From Phyllosticta citribraziliensis (taxonomy: Eukaryota), in assembly GCF_038025025.1 (NCBI RefSeq), contig NW_027117339.1, forward strand, positions 682,001 to 746,000: a DNA stretch of 64,000 bases, in the 5' to 3' direction. The first letter of the stretch is position 1, and each line of letters opens with the position of its first letter. Under the pieces are notes generated by a model. That model worked only from the letters and a program-made list of their open reading frames with translations. It ran no database searches and was not told where the DNA came from. Positions 48,200-59,878 of the stretch are shown piece after piece. Made by a program: the position numbers and the translations under genes.

Positions 48200-49890
48200 G
48201 ACTGACCAATACCATTGAAGTTAGCGACCTTGAAGTTAGTGCATGACGACATTTGACTATGGGCCTCAGGGCCTTGTGAGTAATTCTGGATTCAATCTCT
48301 TGAAGTTCCTTTTTAATGCGCCCAAACCCGCTGGAAACCCAAAGCAGTACTCAATGAAAACCAATTGCTATCCATATCTCTTGTTGCCTGCCTTTCCCAT
48401 GGAACAAAGCAAGCGTCTGGTCTCGGTCCTTTGCGGCGGAGTCCCTCTGTGCCTGTGCATGGACGTCAGCACCGGTATTGGTGGACCCACTGGCCTCCTT
48501 GACGTCCTCTTACTGTCGACGGAAGTCCCCGTCTTCCTCAAGCTCGACGAGGTTGGACAGCTGGATGGGTACTCCTATAAATTCGAGAGGGAACTCTCCT
48601 TCATCGAGCGGCTGCACGTTGAACATAATCGTTGCTTCCATAGGCCGGTCCTGGTCCAGGCTTTTCTTGAAACCGTCCCAATCCACGAACAGGCCTGGGC
48701 CGTACAAAGCATACTCATCAGGCTCTGTAGTCTCGGGAGTCCGAAGCCTGAGTCAAAACGAGGTCCACGGTAAAGAATTGAAGACGTTTGCGCACGAAGT
48801 CCAGGTCCATGCGGAGAGCATCCAACCATTCTTCCTTGGTGGGATAGACCCGAGGGTCCCGCTGGCATGGCACCCCGTCTTTTGAAATGTGCAATTTGAA
48901 GCCGTTTGGCTCCAGAAAGTCTTCAAAATGGTCGTTGAGCTCATCCGATTTGATCGTCTACGTGGTCTTCTCGACCAGTCGGAACTTCAGAGGCGATAGC
49001 ACTGGTCGGGGTCCCACGAAGCCGTTTGCGGGGCCATTGAAGATTTCATCCTCCCCTTCCCGGAGCAGCATCCACGTGGGCACGGTATCCGCCGGCACGC
49101 GCGTCGCAACAAACGGGTCTTTCTTTTTTGGGAAGTACGCTGACTCCCACCGAGCTTTGACGGTCACCTGCTTCAGCCTCTGCAGGACTGCGTACGCGCG
49201 GTTGTAGGCCTCAGCCTCGTGCTCGTCGAGCCTCGTACTCGGGCCCCAAAACGGTCCGTCAACCACTTCGAGGATATCGTGGGAGGAAGGAATACGTCGT
49301 CCAGTCAACGATTCGAATTTTACCGTTGCTGAGTTCTGTGCCTCTGTCTTCGCCTCATCCTCTTGTTGGAGAAGACCCTCTGATGAATGGACCAGGAAGC
49401 GCAAAAGGCAGGCGAGCAGGCATTGTTGCCTCGAATCTTCAAGTCGTTTGAGTGACTCTGCAGTCCCTTCGATGTCTTGAGTGCCGTACTTGACCAATGC
49501 CTTGTCAAGGTCCGCAGGGTACATCGAGTCCCTCGAATCGGCATGCTCCAAGATGATCAGAATGATCGCGTGCTTCAACTCACTGCACGCGTTCGCCTTG
49601 TCTTTCCACATGACAAACGCCTCCAAGACGGGGAAGCTCAGTAAATAGCGACGGAATTCTCCGACGTCAGTGTAGAGTAGGTACGCGGGAACGGCCGGCT
49701 CCCGGACGTAGTCTTTGTAACGGTCCGCCAGCTCCAAGCTTTTGATCTTCCTCGCGCGGCCGGGGGGAGGGGGGGAGGGGGGCGTTCTTCTTGGTGGAGC
49801 GGCGAGCCTGTAGATTCAGTCGTGTCAGCATTCCAAATCTTCGAACAGTCTGGAGCTCGGGACCTTTACGGTCTTGTGTGCTTGGGCGAC
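48200..49890 (-). pseudogene. Decaying orphan gene (premature stops and frameshifts)
   Basis: The 259-aa ORF 48958-49737 continues in frame past TAG (KTT*TIKSDELNDHFEDFLEPNG...EEWLDALRMDL), shifts frame near 48730 into the 48510-48707 frame, then meets further stops. Another frameshift lies at the poly-G run near 49762-49782, just after a canonical intron. Confidence 0.6.
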
Positions 49891-50270
49891 TTGGGAAGTC
49901 GTCCGGTGGTCGCAGAGCTTGAGTGGATGTCCAGGTGAAGTCGCGATCTGATAACGACGCCGGCGACGAAGGTGAGGTGTTGAGACGATCTGGATGGCGA
50001 CAGCGGCAATCCCACTTCACTCTGCTGGGCGGCAGCGTGAGTGTGACTCGAGACAGTGGGAGGGGAGAGGGGTGAAGGGTGTGGGGTGAAGGTTGTAGGG
50101 TGGACGTTGTAGAGTGGACGCTGGAGTTGAGTGGAAGGTAGTCTTTTATACCACCTGCTCGCGCCAGGTCAGGCTATAACCCTTTGGGTAATCAGAGTCA
50201 ACCGTCGAACGTATGGAAGTTCTTTTGTTGGGTGATGGGCGTGAATTTGACTTTGGGTCAGTGTCAGTAA

Positions 50271-50396
50271 ATGAATGCGCCTTGGGTATAGCTGTAGCAG
50301 TGCATGAATGCTTCTCAAGCACAACTGTGCCAGCGAATGAATGAATGCTCCATAGGCGCAGCCGTGGTAGCGAATGAATGCTCCCTAGGTGCAGCC
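50271..50396 (+). repeat. ~33-bp minisatellite, 4 units (best-conserved copy)
   Basis: atgaatgcgccttgggtatagctgtagcagtgc / atgaatgcttctcaagcacaactgtgccagcga / (atga) / atgaatgctccataggcgcagccgtggtagcga / atgaatgctccctaggtgcagcc. Confidence 0.9.
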
Positions 50397-51634
50397 TATT
50401 ACCAGGAGGTCTCATTTCTTTCGACACCCACTATATATGTCAGCTTGTCTCTGTTACTACAACTCTGAATTGAATCGAGTGAATATTGAGCGTGTGCTTG
50501 GAAATACGATGCGGCATGAACGTGAGCCACCAGAAGAAATGTCTGGTAAAGAAACAACAGAAGAAGAGGCGGAAATCACATCCTCTGGATGTGCACACTA
50601 CGGAAAATCTGGCTCATCGTAGAGTAGGGCTTTGGAGTTTGGTGGCCAGGTTTCGAGTGCTGTCGGAGCTGTAAAATACAGCGAAGAGCATCCACACAGA
50701 GGAAGGAAGCCCACGGCCATTTGTGACAATCTTGCCATTCCGGCAGAGCTCTAAGCCTTCGAAAGTGGCTGCAGGCCGCTCACACAGCTGAAAAGTGCAG
50801 GCGATGCGCCGCCACAATGGAATCCGCGGAGAAGATCATCATACAGCGAGCGGAGAAAGGGTGCCCTGGCTGCCCACAATGCAGAAATCGCTGCGATGTG
50901 TTCTGCAAGCCGTATGGCACAATCAGCTTGGAGCCTGATGTCGTGCCGGCGTCGTTGATGATGCTGTTTCTTCGCATCCAGGATTCCTGGGTACAGACTC
51001 GACTGGGTCGTAGGAGAGACATGTGTGGACGAGCGAAGGCGAAATGAATCGCTTCATTGTCGCGACCGATGAAGATGGACTGCGATGCACCGGACTGGTT
51101 GCGCCACAATCGGCCCTTGTCGGGCAGTTCCCGTGGCAACCGCGTCAACAGTCTGCCGCATCGGGAGGCACCCTGCCACTTTTCTTCCACATGCTACTTA
51201 CGGCGCCGCCGCCCTTTCTTCCGACTCGACATTCACCTTTGCACATAACTAAGGATAGATTCCCTGTAGGTGAGTTTGACCATCCTTCGCTTCCTGTGCC
51301 GTATATCTTCATCGGCTTCGACTCTGTCGTCATTCCCCTTTGAATTCTATCTCGGTCTTCTTCATGCCAACTGTCGACTGACGTTCAGCTTAGCATTCAC
51401 CACCCACAACCTCACCTTTCTTACTTGATCAAAAGACAAAGAAGCTTCGATTATCTCCGAGACTTTTATCTGCCTCATCAAACAAACCTCAAATCGCAAA
51501 GGTTGTGCATTACAACACGTAACAAACGCCAAGGAGTCGCGCATAGCTACCCCCACGCTCCGGACTGGCCTCAACGCGCCCCCGACAGAAGCACCCTCAC
51601 CCGCTGGGTGCGTTCGATGGAGTCGACAGCCGCT

Positions 51635-52807
51635 ATGTTCAGATTCTTTACTTCGCCCGCCCAGCCCACCTCGCCGGAGCGCGACACCAACGCCCCGGCA
51701 CAGCAAACCGATCTGATCGAGCGCCCATCGTCACCTCGCCTCCAGCTCACATACGCGCAAAAGCTGGAGGAAACGGTCGCTGTACTACGCGCCGATTTGT
51801 CTTCTCAAAAAACTCATTACGAAAACCTCCTCTCGTCTACGACGGCATCGTCGCAGACTAAACTTACGGAAACGCGCGCGGCGTACGATGCGCGAATCGA
51901 ACGACTGAATTCGAGGGTGACGTATCTTGAAGATGAGGTGGCGGAAATGCGAGAGTCGAATCGGCGACTGTCGCGGCGGAAGGAGGAGTTGGAGGCAGCG
52001 GCGAGGGAGCGCGACGAGGCGATGACGTCGCTGGAAGGAGAGCGCTTCGAGTTGCAGCGGGACAACGGGGGGCTGCGAGAAGAGAGGGCGCGGCTGGTAT
52101 CGCGGTTGCAAGGGGAGCGCACGCGGCGAGAGAAGGCGACACGACTGTTCGCCGAGGCACAGGAGGCGCTGCGGGTCGATGATGAGGACGACAACGACGA
52201 CGAGCAGGATGTCGACGAGCGCTTCGAGGAAACCAGCGAGGAGCCCAGCGCCCCGAAGCTTCTGCGGCAGAGCACCAGCCGCTCGTCATTGAACCGCCAC
52301 GGCGCGGAGCGCGAGAATAGCAGCCGAACAAGCAAACCACAGCAGTCTCGTCGGGATAAGAGTACCAATACCACGTCCACGCCGCGCGCCCAGACCTCCA
52401 CCACCTCTCCTGCCGAAGACGGGGATCCATATACTGGCGAAACCCTCCGCGGCGTGCCCTCGCACGAGAGCAGAGAGCCGCCCCCTCAACACCAACATCC
52501 ACAAGACCAAGAACATCAAGCAACCTCAACAACACCGGGCCCGCGTCTCTCCAACGTCGACCCCCGCAGCGTCGACGCGCTGCGCACGCTCGGCGCGTCG
52601 CGCAACGCCTCGCCAACGCCACAGCCACCATCCCAACGCAAGAAGACGGGCGCGAGCGCACGAGGGAGCGGCGGCGCAGACAAGGAATCATCTCTCTTGC
52701 CGATGATCAATTTCAACGCCCGCGCTGTGAATATGACGCCGCGGCATGGGAGGAAGAGGGCGAGAGTCGACTCGGATGGCGATGGGGATTCGGCGGCGAC
52801 GGGGTAG
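51635..52807 (+). CDS. Hypothetical coiled-coil protein with an acidic tract, a disordered C-terminus and an NLS-like RHGRKRAR
   Basis: Long single ORF with an E/R/L-rich heptad pattern; the start may instead be at 51617. Confidence 0.75.
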   Translation: MFRFFTSPAQPTSPERDTNAPAQQTDLIERPSSPRLQLTYAQKLEETVAVLRADLSSQKTHYENLLSSTTASSQTKLTETRAAYDARIERLNSRVTYLEDEVAEMRESNRRLSRRKEELEAAARERDEAMTSLEGERFELQRDNGGLREERARLVSRLQGERTRREKATRLFAEAQEALRVDDEDDNDDEQDVDERFEETSEEPSAPKLLRQSTSRSSLNRHGAERENSSRTSKPQQSRRDKSTNTTSTPRAQTSTTSPAEDGDPYTGETLRGVPSHESREPPPQHQHPQDQEHQATSTTPGPRLSNVDPRSVDALRTLGASRNASPTPQPPSQRKKTGASARGSGGADKESSLLPMINFNARAVNMTPRHGRKRARVDSDGDGDSAATG

Positions 52808-53776
52808 AGGGTAGAGCGTCATAGGCTGCTCAAACGGTTGATTGAGTGTGCCTTTTTGGTGCAAGAAGAGGGCTTTGGGTTGTTGATACGGGTTTTGGGG
52901 TCTGAGGACGGTCATGGGTGTGCATATTGACGGTTTCATGCTGTCGGTCTGCTCTTTGCCTTTGTGCTCGGTAGCATGGGCCTGGTTGGATAGGCGCGCA
53001 GGGACATGTAGATCTGGGCGAGTACATAGTCAGAAAGGAAGGAGAGCACGACGCGCACTACACCACCGCGTACGGCCTCCTATCTACTTTATGCATACGC
53101 TTGCTCCTCGACGAGCGAGCCGCCACAGACCACACTCTGCAGCACCCAAGCTTCCTATACCACGCGTTGTGAAGGTGGTTGTTGGGTGCTTAATGACATA
53201 CACACACGATCAATATACAACAGAGGGACACATATATACACGTAAATTCCCCCCCGTCTGCTTCAATGGATCCACGCCTCGCTGTCTGTCGTCCATCTAG
53301 GTAAGAAACTTTCCGCTGTGCGGACATGCTGGCAGATCACGCCCCACCACACCACAGGATGGCTGGGACGTCGTGTTCTGTCTTGTATGGCTGTGCTCTT
53401 CAACCGCCACGGTCAGCCAGTCCAAGCTCTGCCGCTCGGCCGGCCGGCGGTGGTGGCGGTGGTTGTTGCGCTAGGCAAGCAAGGTCTACCAGGTGACGAA
53501 TGTGAACTGGAGATCCGACGGCCAACGACAAGGAAGGCAAACGGGCGGGTTGCGGTGGTAGAGCCGGATTGGAATTCGTCCCAGCCATCGCCACCAGGGT
53601 TCTTCACTGCGCACCCAATGCATGCACGCGCCGTCTAAACGCATCCCAAAAGACCTCGCTCCCTCTTCCATTTTTTTTTTTTTGAAAAGATCACCAACAG
53701 CGCCAGCCCCCCACCATTCTAAAGAATTTCCCTCCTTTAGCGTTTGCCTTTTGGTTTTTGTTATTCTGTCCTTCGT

Positions 53777-56340
53777 TCAACACGTCTTAACCCCGCCTTC
53801 ATTTTTGCCCAGCTTGGCGACAGCAAGGACCAAGCTGACGGCGAGGACGGCGCAGCCAAAGCCGACGCACACGTACGCAGCGACGCGCTCGAGGCGGGCG
53901 CGGCCCGTCTTCTTGGGCGACGAGAGCTTGAGGTAGCAGAGGGGCGGGAGGATGTAAGCGAGGGCGGTGGCGGACGTGGCCTGCAAGCTTTGCGTCAGAC
54001 TCTTCCACAGCTCTACAGCGTAAGAAGAGGGGAGGGGAAAAGACTCACGCCAATCAACTCAAACACAGCGCCCAAATCGCACGTGAGCAGACTGAGCCCC
54101 ATGGCACTAACAACCAGGGTCGTCGTAAACACCATGTGGCGATTGCCGTCCCACGCCTCGCCGGGGAAGTAGTAGGTCTCCATGACCTCGCGGCAGACAA
54201 AGGCCTCGAGGGGCAGCGTGGTCAGCATGTTGAGGCCGAAGCACAGGCGCGCGACGTTGACGAGGATGTTGTTGGTCGGGAAGTTGTTGAGCACGTTGCC
54301 CTGCGTCTTGTCGCCGAACGTCAGGTAGCCGCCCAGCGCCATGATGAGGCACGCGATCATCGAGACGGTCGTGGAGTAGTGCGTGACGCGGGCGAAGCGG
54401 TCGAGCGTCGGCTTTTTGAGCGAGCCGTAGATGAGGAGCGAGTTGTGGTCTGTGTACTGTCTTTAGTTTCTTCCAATTCAAACACTTGAGATTAATGGCT
54501 TGGTTGCTTACGGCACACGAATGCTGGAAATTCGGTGTTAGCAGCGGAAGCTTTACGGTGGGAGTTTAGATCACGACGAACCGAACGAGATGACTCCGAT
54601 GGCTTGAAAAACGCCATCATTAATGATGAGGCTGCCGGTGATTTGCCCCTTCATCTCTTTGGGGACGGTAAAGCCCTGGGTAAGTACAGTGACAATAATC
54701 ACTATCATGCTAATTAATGCAAAGGTACTCGCTTTGGCGAGCTACACGATCGTGTCAGCAGCAATTCCTAGACCAACACTACGGATCGAATGCGCAAGGG
54801 GCCCACCTACCTTGGCGATGTCTCTATACAAAGAAAGCGGATAAGAAATGCCTAGAATAAACAGAACGATAATAGCACGTCTATCTGTCAGCAGCCATAG
54901 GAATGGCGTGTCTGGCAGCGAAGGGAACAGGGCCTCCATAACATGAGGTATCGTGTCACCGATGATGACACAAAAGGCGACCATGCCGCCAAATGCACTG
55001 TGCAAACATCGGTCAGTCTCATTTGTTTCTCAAGGCTAAGCAAAGCGGAGAGGAGTTGAGAGAGAATGGCGGATGGCCACTTACAAAACCCACTGCGCCA
55101 CGCTGATAGCAATCAACCCGCTGCTGCCAAAGCAATGCTGTACCGTCGCCTGAAAGGAGTTGGCGCCGCTCAGCTTAGAGTTGATGACAATGAGGCGGAT
55201 GGTCCAGTCGACAGTGATGGTCAGAGCGACGAGGAGGAAAATGCCCGTCAGGAGACCGGCTTGTTTGAATGCGTATGGTTGACCAATGATCCCGGCGCCT
55301 CTACAACACATACTATCAGCTTCTTGGCCAAAAGATACCTGTGGTCCTTGTGAAGGCTTATGCACGGTTGAGACAACCTCCTGTTTTTTCATCCCTGCCG
55401 AAATAAGGGGGCAACTCAGGGGAGGGGCAACCCACATGATACTATTCGCCATATTCATAAACGCACTCTTCATCCCGCTCTTTGCCCGCGTTGCGCCATC
55501 CAACGCCTCTTCAACTTCGCCGTCGTCCCCTGCCACCGTCACGCTTGGCGCCTCAATGTCTGTGAGCAAGGGCAAGCGCTGTTCTCCGCTGCCGCTTCGT
55601 GTCCTGCCAGATCCGCGACCCCTGCCCAAGCCCAGTCCGAAGCTTCGCCCGCCCCCTGAGCGGTTCCCTGACCCCATGAAATCTTGGCCCTCGACCCACG
55701 CAGCGTCGCCGTCGCCGTCGCCCAGGACCAACTCCTCGTCCTCGTCTTCGCCGTATGCGAGCGGTATCGTGCGCGGGGCGTATGGATGCTGCTGCGGACC
55801 GGTTCTGGCGGCACCCGGACCTACATGCCCGTTGGCGCCGCTCTGCCCGCCGCTATTGTTGGACGTCATGCTCGTCCGCGTGCTGAGCGGGATCAGCTCG
55901 GCCTCCTCGTCAAAGCGCACGCGGTTTATGGTGCGCGGCGTGCCGTCTGGCCGCGGCTGTGCAAACGACGACTGGCGCGCCGGCACCGGCCTGCCGTTGG
56001 CGGCCGCGGCGGAGGTGCTGCTGCTTCTGCTGTGCGACTCTGCAGCGCCGCGCTTTGCGGAGACGGGAACGGCTGCGACGGCGGGCGAGTACGGGGGCGA
56101 GGCGGTTGGAATTGGCGGAGGAGGCACGGGAGCAGCGGCGCCGGAGAGGGGAGAGGGCGTGGAAGCGGTCGTCAAGGTCGTCAAAGGGGCGTCGTCGGTC
56201 GTGGTGGTAGTGGAGGCGGAGCTGCTGTAGTCCATGTCTAGCTGATGGCTGGCGCCATGCGGATCGGCCGCGGCGGCGTGGGCATGGCCATCGAGCAGGC
56301 CGAGGGCTTCTTCTGGGTCGCGGGCGTCGGAGGAAGACAT
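53777..56340 (-). CDS. Vacuolar amino acid transporter, AVT2-like (Aa_trans family)
   Basis: AFMNMANSI|IGAGIIGQPYA, AFGGMVAFCVIIGDTIPHV, PLSLYRDIAK, TQGNVLNNFP and LTTLPLEAFVCREV. Confidence 0.93.
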
Positions 56341-56586
56341 GATTGCATTTTTGAGAGGTGTGCAAGGTCCAAGTTCAGCGGAGCATGATGGCTGTGGCGG
56401 TGGGTTTTGGTGGTGAAGGTGACGATGGTGAAGCGGAGGAGGAAAAGCAAAAATGTTTCAGACAGGTGGTGTTAACGGGAGGAGTTGTCGTGGTATGCCT
56501 GTTACGTGGTAGCTAGGTGGCCTGGCTGAGGGTCAGACGGGACGTGCTGATGTGGGTGTGGGTTGCGGTGTAGTAGAGCTCCTGGG

Positions 56587-56621
56587 GCCTGAGCCTGAGC
56601 CTGAGCCTGCGCCTGAGCCTG
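56587..56621 (+). repeat. (GCCTGA)n microsatellite upstream of the AVT2-like gene
   Basis: gcctgagcctgagcctgagcctgcgcctgagcctg. Confidence 0.85.
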
Positions 56622-57388
56622 GACGGCTTCCGACCGAATCCATGTCGGGGGATCGGCGCAACGGTCGCCGTCTAACTCGTTCCGGCCCCAACACCTATTC
56701 TCACCTACAACCTATTCACTCTCCAAACCGGAACCCTGTGAGCCCTCACTCCACCGCGGCATGCGTCAACCAAAGCCTCGACCCGCCCTCTCCAATCCAC
56801 AACAAAACCGAATTCCGCGTCCCAAGAACCAGGCTGAAGAGAGGCTGAAACCTTGCATCCAAGCACGCGTCGCGTGTCACACTGCCCATCTTCCATTCCA
56901 GGTCCCGGATAGATTGTCCCCGCGCCAAGTTCCGCTCCGCCTCTGCCATGGACTTGACGGCATTGGCTTTGGAGAGACGTCAATCTACCTTTTTCGTCCG
57001 CTTTGTGTGGTTACAAACGAAAATCTTTCCCGTTGCCTGCGCAATTCCACAAATGTTCCAGGTATTCATTTGCGAAAGATATCTTTCAACAATCAATCGT
57101 CGCCATTAAGTCCCGCGCTGCGCTCGCTCCGTCCAGCCACGCCTCGAACACAAGGCGGAAGCCATCCTCCTTCCAAGGCATGCCTCGCTCTCTCACTTCG
57201 CCCAAGATTCGAGCATGCTGGGTTTCCAGGTTGTGCCGATCCGAATGCTCCTTGGTCGTCGTCCCGTCCCGTTGCACGCCATATCCCGTCCGCGCCAACA
57301 CCAAAAACCGAGTGCCAAAAACGCCGTGAAGACAACAACCCGCTTTGCTTGCTTTGATTCGCTCTCCTGTCTTTTGCGCCCTTCAACT

Positions 57389-59878
57389 TCAATCGCCCTC
57401 TCTGAATCGCCCCCTCACCGGCGTCGGGCTCTTGACCCCCTTTTCCACGCTCCCACTAATTTTGCCCACCAGCGGCGTCTGCGATCCCTGACCCCTTTCC
57501 ATGACACCGCTTCCCGACCCTTCACCTGCGTCGCTCACCCCCGACAGGTACGTCGTTGCCGTGCTGGGCTGTCTCGCCGCAACCGCCGACGTGACCTGCA
57601 GCGGCTGGGGGTAAAAGTGCGCCGGCGTGTTGCTCGTCGTCGGGGGCTGCACCTCGTACTCGTCGGGCGAGTTGGAGCTTGACGTGCCGTAGTCGGACGG
57701 CGTGCCGCTTGGTCCAAACCGGTGCTGCTGCTGAAAGTGCGAAAAGCTCATGGGCTGCGTCGGACTCGGCGGCTTGGGAAAGTGTTGGTTGTGCAGCGCG
57801 TCTTGCGACGGGTCGTATGGCTGCGCGTTGGGCGGGGGGTGCGGCGCATACGGAGTTCCCGACGGCGGGTTGTACATGGCCGTGGGAAGGGCCCCCGGTG
57901 GACCGGCCGGGTAGAAGTATTGCTGTTGGTTGTTGGGTGACAGGGGCGTGACGGGGACCATGTATTGGGGAGGGTAGCCTTGAGGGCCGCCGGGAGTGTA
58001 GGGCGTTTGCGGCGAAACGGCAGCAACAGGCGAATGTCCGCTGTCGAAAATGGGCGAGTATTCCTCTGATCTTGGTGATGCCGGCTTACCACCTGCTGCG
58101 GGGTAGTCATGATATCGTTCGTTTGTTGCGAGCTCCGACGCTTGTTCATTGGTAGGCAATTCAATGGGGGCTTTTTCTGGTGCTTTGGCCCCCTTTTGCT
58201 TTCTACGACGAAAGAGGCAGAAAGCGATGAGACCGACGATGGCGATCAGGGCGACAACGCCGCCAACCACACCACCTACAATGGCGCCTGTATTGCTGCT
58301 GGACTTTTCCGAAGGTTTGGACGTCGACGTAGAGGTGTAGCTAGCAGGGATTGAGCGCGTTGCGGTCCGTTCAGGGTAGCTCGGTGTACGGGTGAAGTAG
58401 ACGGGTAAATCCCTGTTATCCCAGCTGTTCGGCTTGACGACTGTTGCGCCACCACCAGTTCTGCATTCAGCTCTGTCAGCTCATGGACATGGGCTTGGGC
58501 ACATGGCACTTACCCGCCACCAACAGCTGCAATAATGTCTTGCGGAACATCATAGGAAGTGAGGTTTGGGTAGAAAAGATCCCACTTGGCCTTTTGAGGT
58601 CCATCTTCTCCCAGGTTCAAGTTGTGCGTACCCCAAATGGTTGGAGCATCGCAATTCTCATTGAGCGTCGCCCATCCACCAATGATGATCATTTGTGAAT
58701 TGTCAATCACATTGCAGGATGACCATCCGTGCGGGTTGCCAACTCCTGGCTCGGTGGGAAACCACTTCATCCACTGAAAGGACGGGAGAGTCAAGATGTA
58801 GACGTCGTCGTAGCCGGTAATATTGTCGATTCCTTGACCGCCGTAGATGTATATGTTGTACGAGGAGTGGTCGTCTGCCCACGTTGCGCCTCCACAAAAC
58901 TTGCGCCTCATGCCGGGTATGTCTCCGCTGGCTGTTTGGGTATACCACTTGGTCGAAGCTATGTCGTAAATGTAGATAGTCTAGACTTTGTCAGAGGGCT
59001 CTGTAAGAGGAACAGATGTTGGTGCTTACGCTCATGTTTTCCTGTAACACTATTAGCAAGGTTTTGTGTATTTTGCGCAGAATCACTTACACCGACGACA
59101 GTCCCATTTTGGTATGGATCGCTCACACCACCAAAATAAATCAGGAGACCCTGGTCCGAGGCTGGCAGGTACGTCATAACTCCCTCTGCTCTTCCTGTAT
59201 TGTCGGGTCCCGTCATATTCGACCATTCGTCGGCGACCATATCGTACGAAATGATGTTGGCTGTCGCAATTGGGTTTCCTGACCATCCTGGGACCGACCT
59301 GTTGTTGAACCAGCCGCCATAGTAGTAAGAGATGCCCGTAGCATTAACGGATAGACCAGCTCCATAGGCCGCGCGCTGAATTTGACTGGCGGCATCTATG
59401 CTAGTCTTGTTCCATTGATCGAGTAATATGTCGTATGCCCACGGAGTAAAACTTTCCGGGGAACCGCTTTCGAATTCACCGCCGTAGAGATAGAGTACTT
59501 TGTTCACGTCGTCAGACCACAGGACGCCCCCGCTCACGTCCGGTATTTGGCTGGTCTTGTTCAGGCTGTTGTGTATTTGTGGCATGCCCTGGCTGGTGTG
59601 GTCCAAGTCTTGCCATAGAAGCCATGTATCTATCAAAAAACATTAGATGGGATGCGCTGGACGTGTTGGATCAGCGCGGCCGTACTTGTGTAGTTTAGTG
59701 GGTTCTCGGACATTGGGTTATAGGTGATTTGGCCGCCGTCGATGTATAGCCGGCGGTCGACGACAGCTGTCTGGTGGCCCCATCGTCGACAAAAGTCATT
59801 GATGGGGTCCTTTGCGTCGGAAACGGACCGTGTTGCAATGGCGAGTAAGGCCAGGGACCTCAGGAGTATTCTTGCCAT
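57389..59878 (-). CDS. Kelch/galactose-oxidase-like beta-propeller single-pass membrane protein
   Basis: Signal peptide, DFCRRWGHQTAVVDRRLYIDGG, LYLYGG, YYYGG, LIYFGG, RRKFC..IYIYGG, DDVYILTLPSFQW; transmembrane segment GGVVALIAIVGLIAFCLF-RRRK; Pro/Gln-rich tail. Confidence 0.88.

Noticed and set aside
26316..50396. 33-bp arrays as a CRISPR array
   Set aside because: Eukaryotic context, units similar along their whole length rather than repeat plus unique spacer, only 2-4 units per locus, and no cas genes.
31400..51300. Starship-type giant transposon carrying the DUF3638 gene
   Set aside because: No tyrosine-recombinase captain, transposase or boundary repeats recognisable in the window.
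55286..56241. Long + strand ORFs (314 and 185 aa)
   Set aside because: GC-rich antisense shadows of the AVT2-like gene's first exon.
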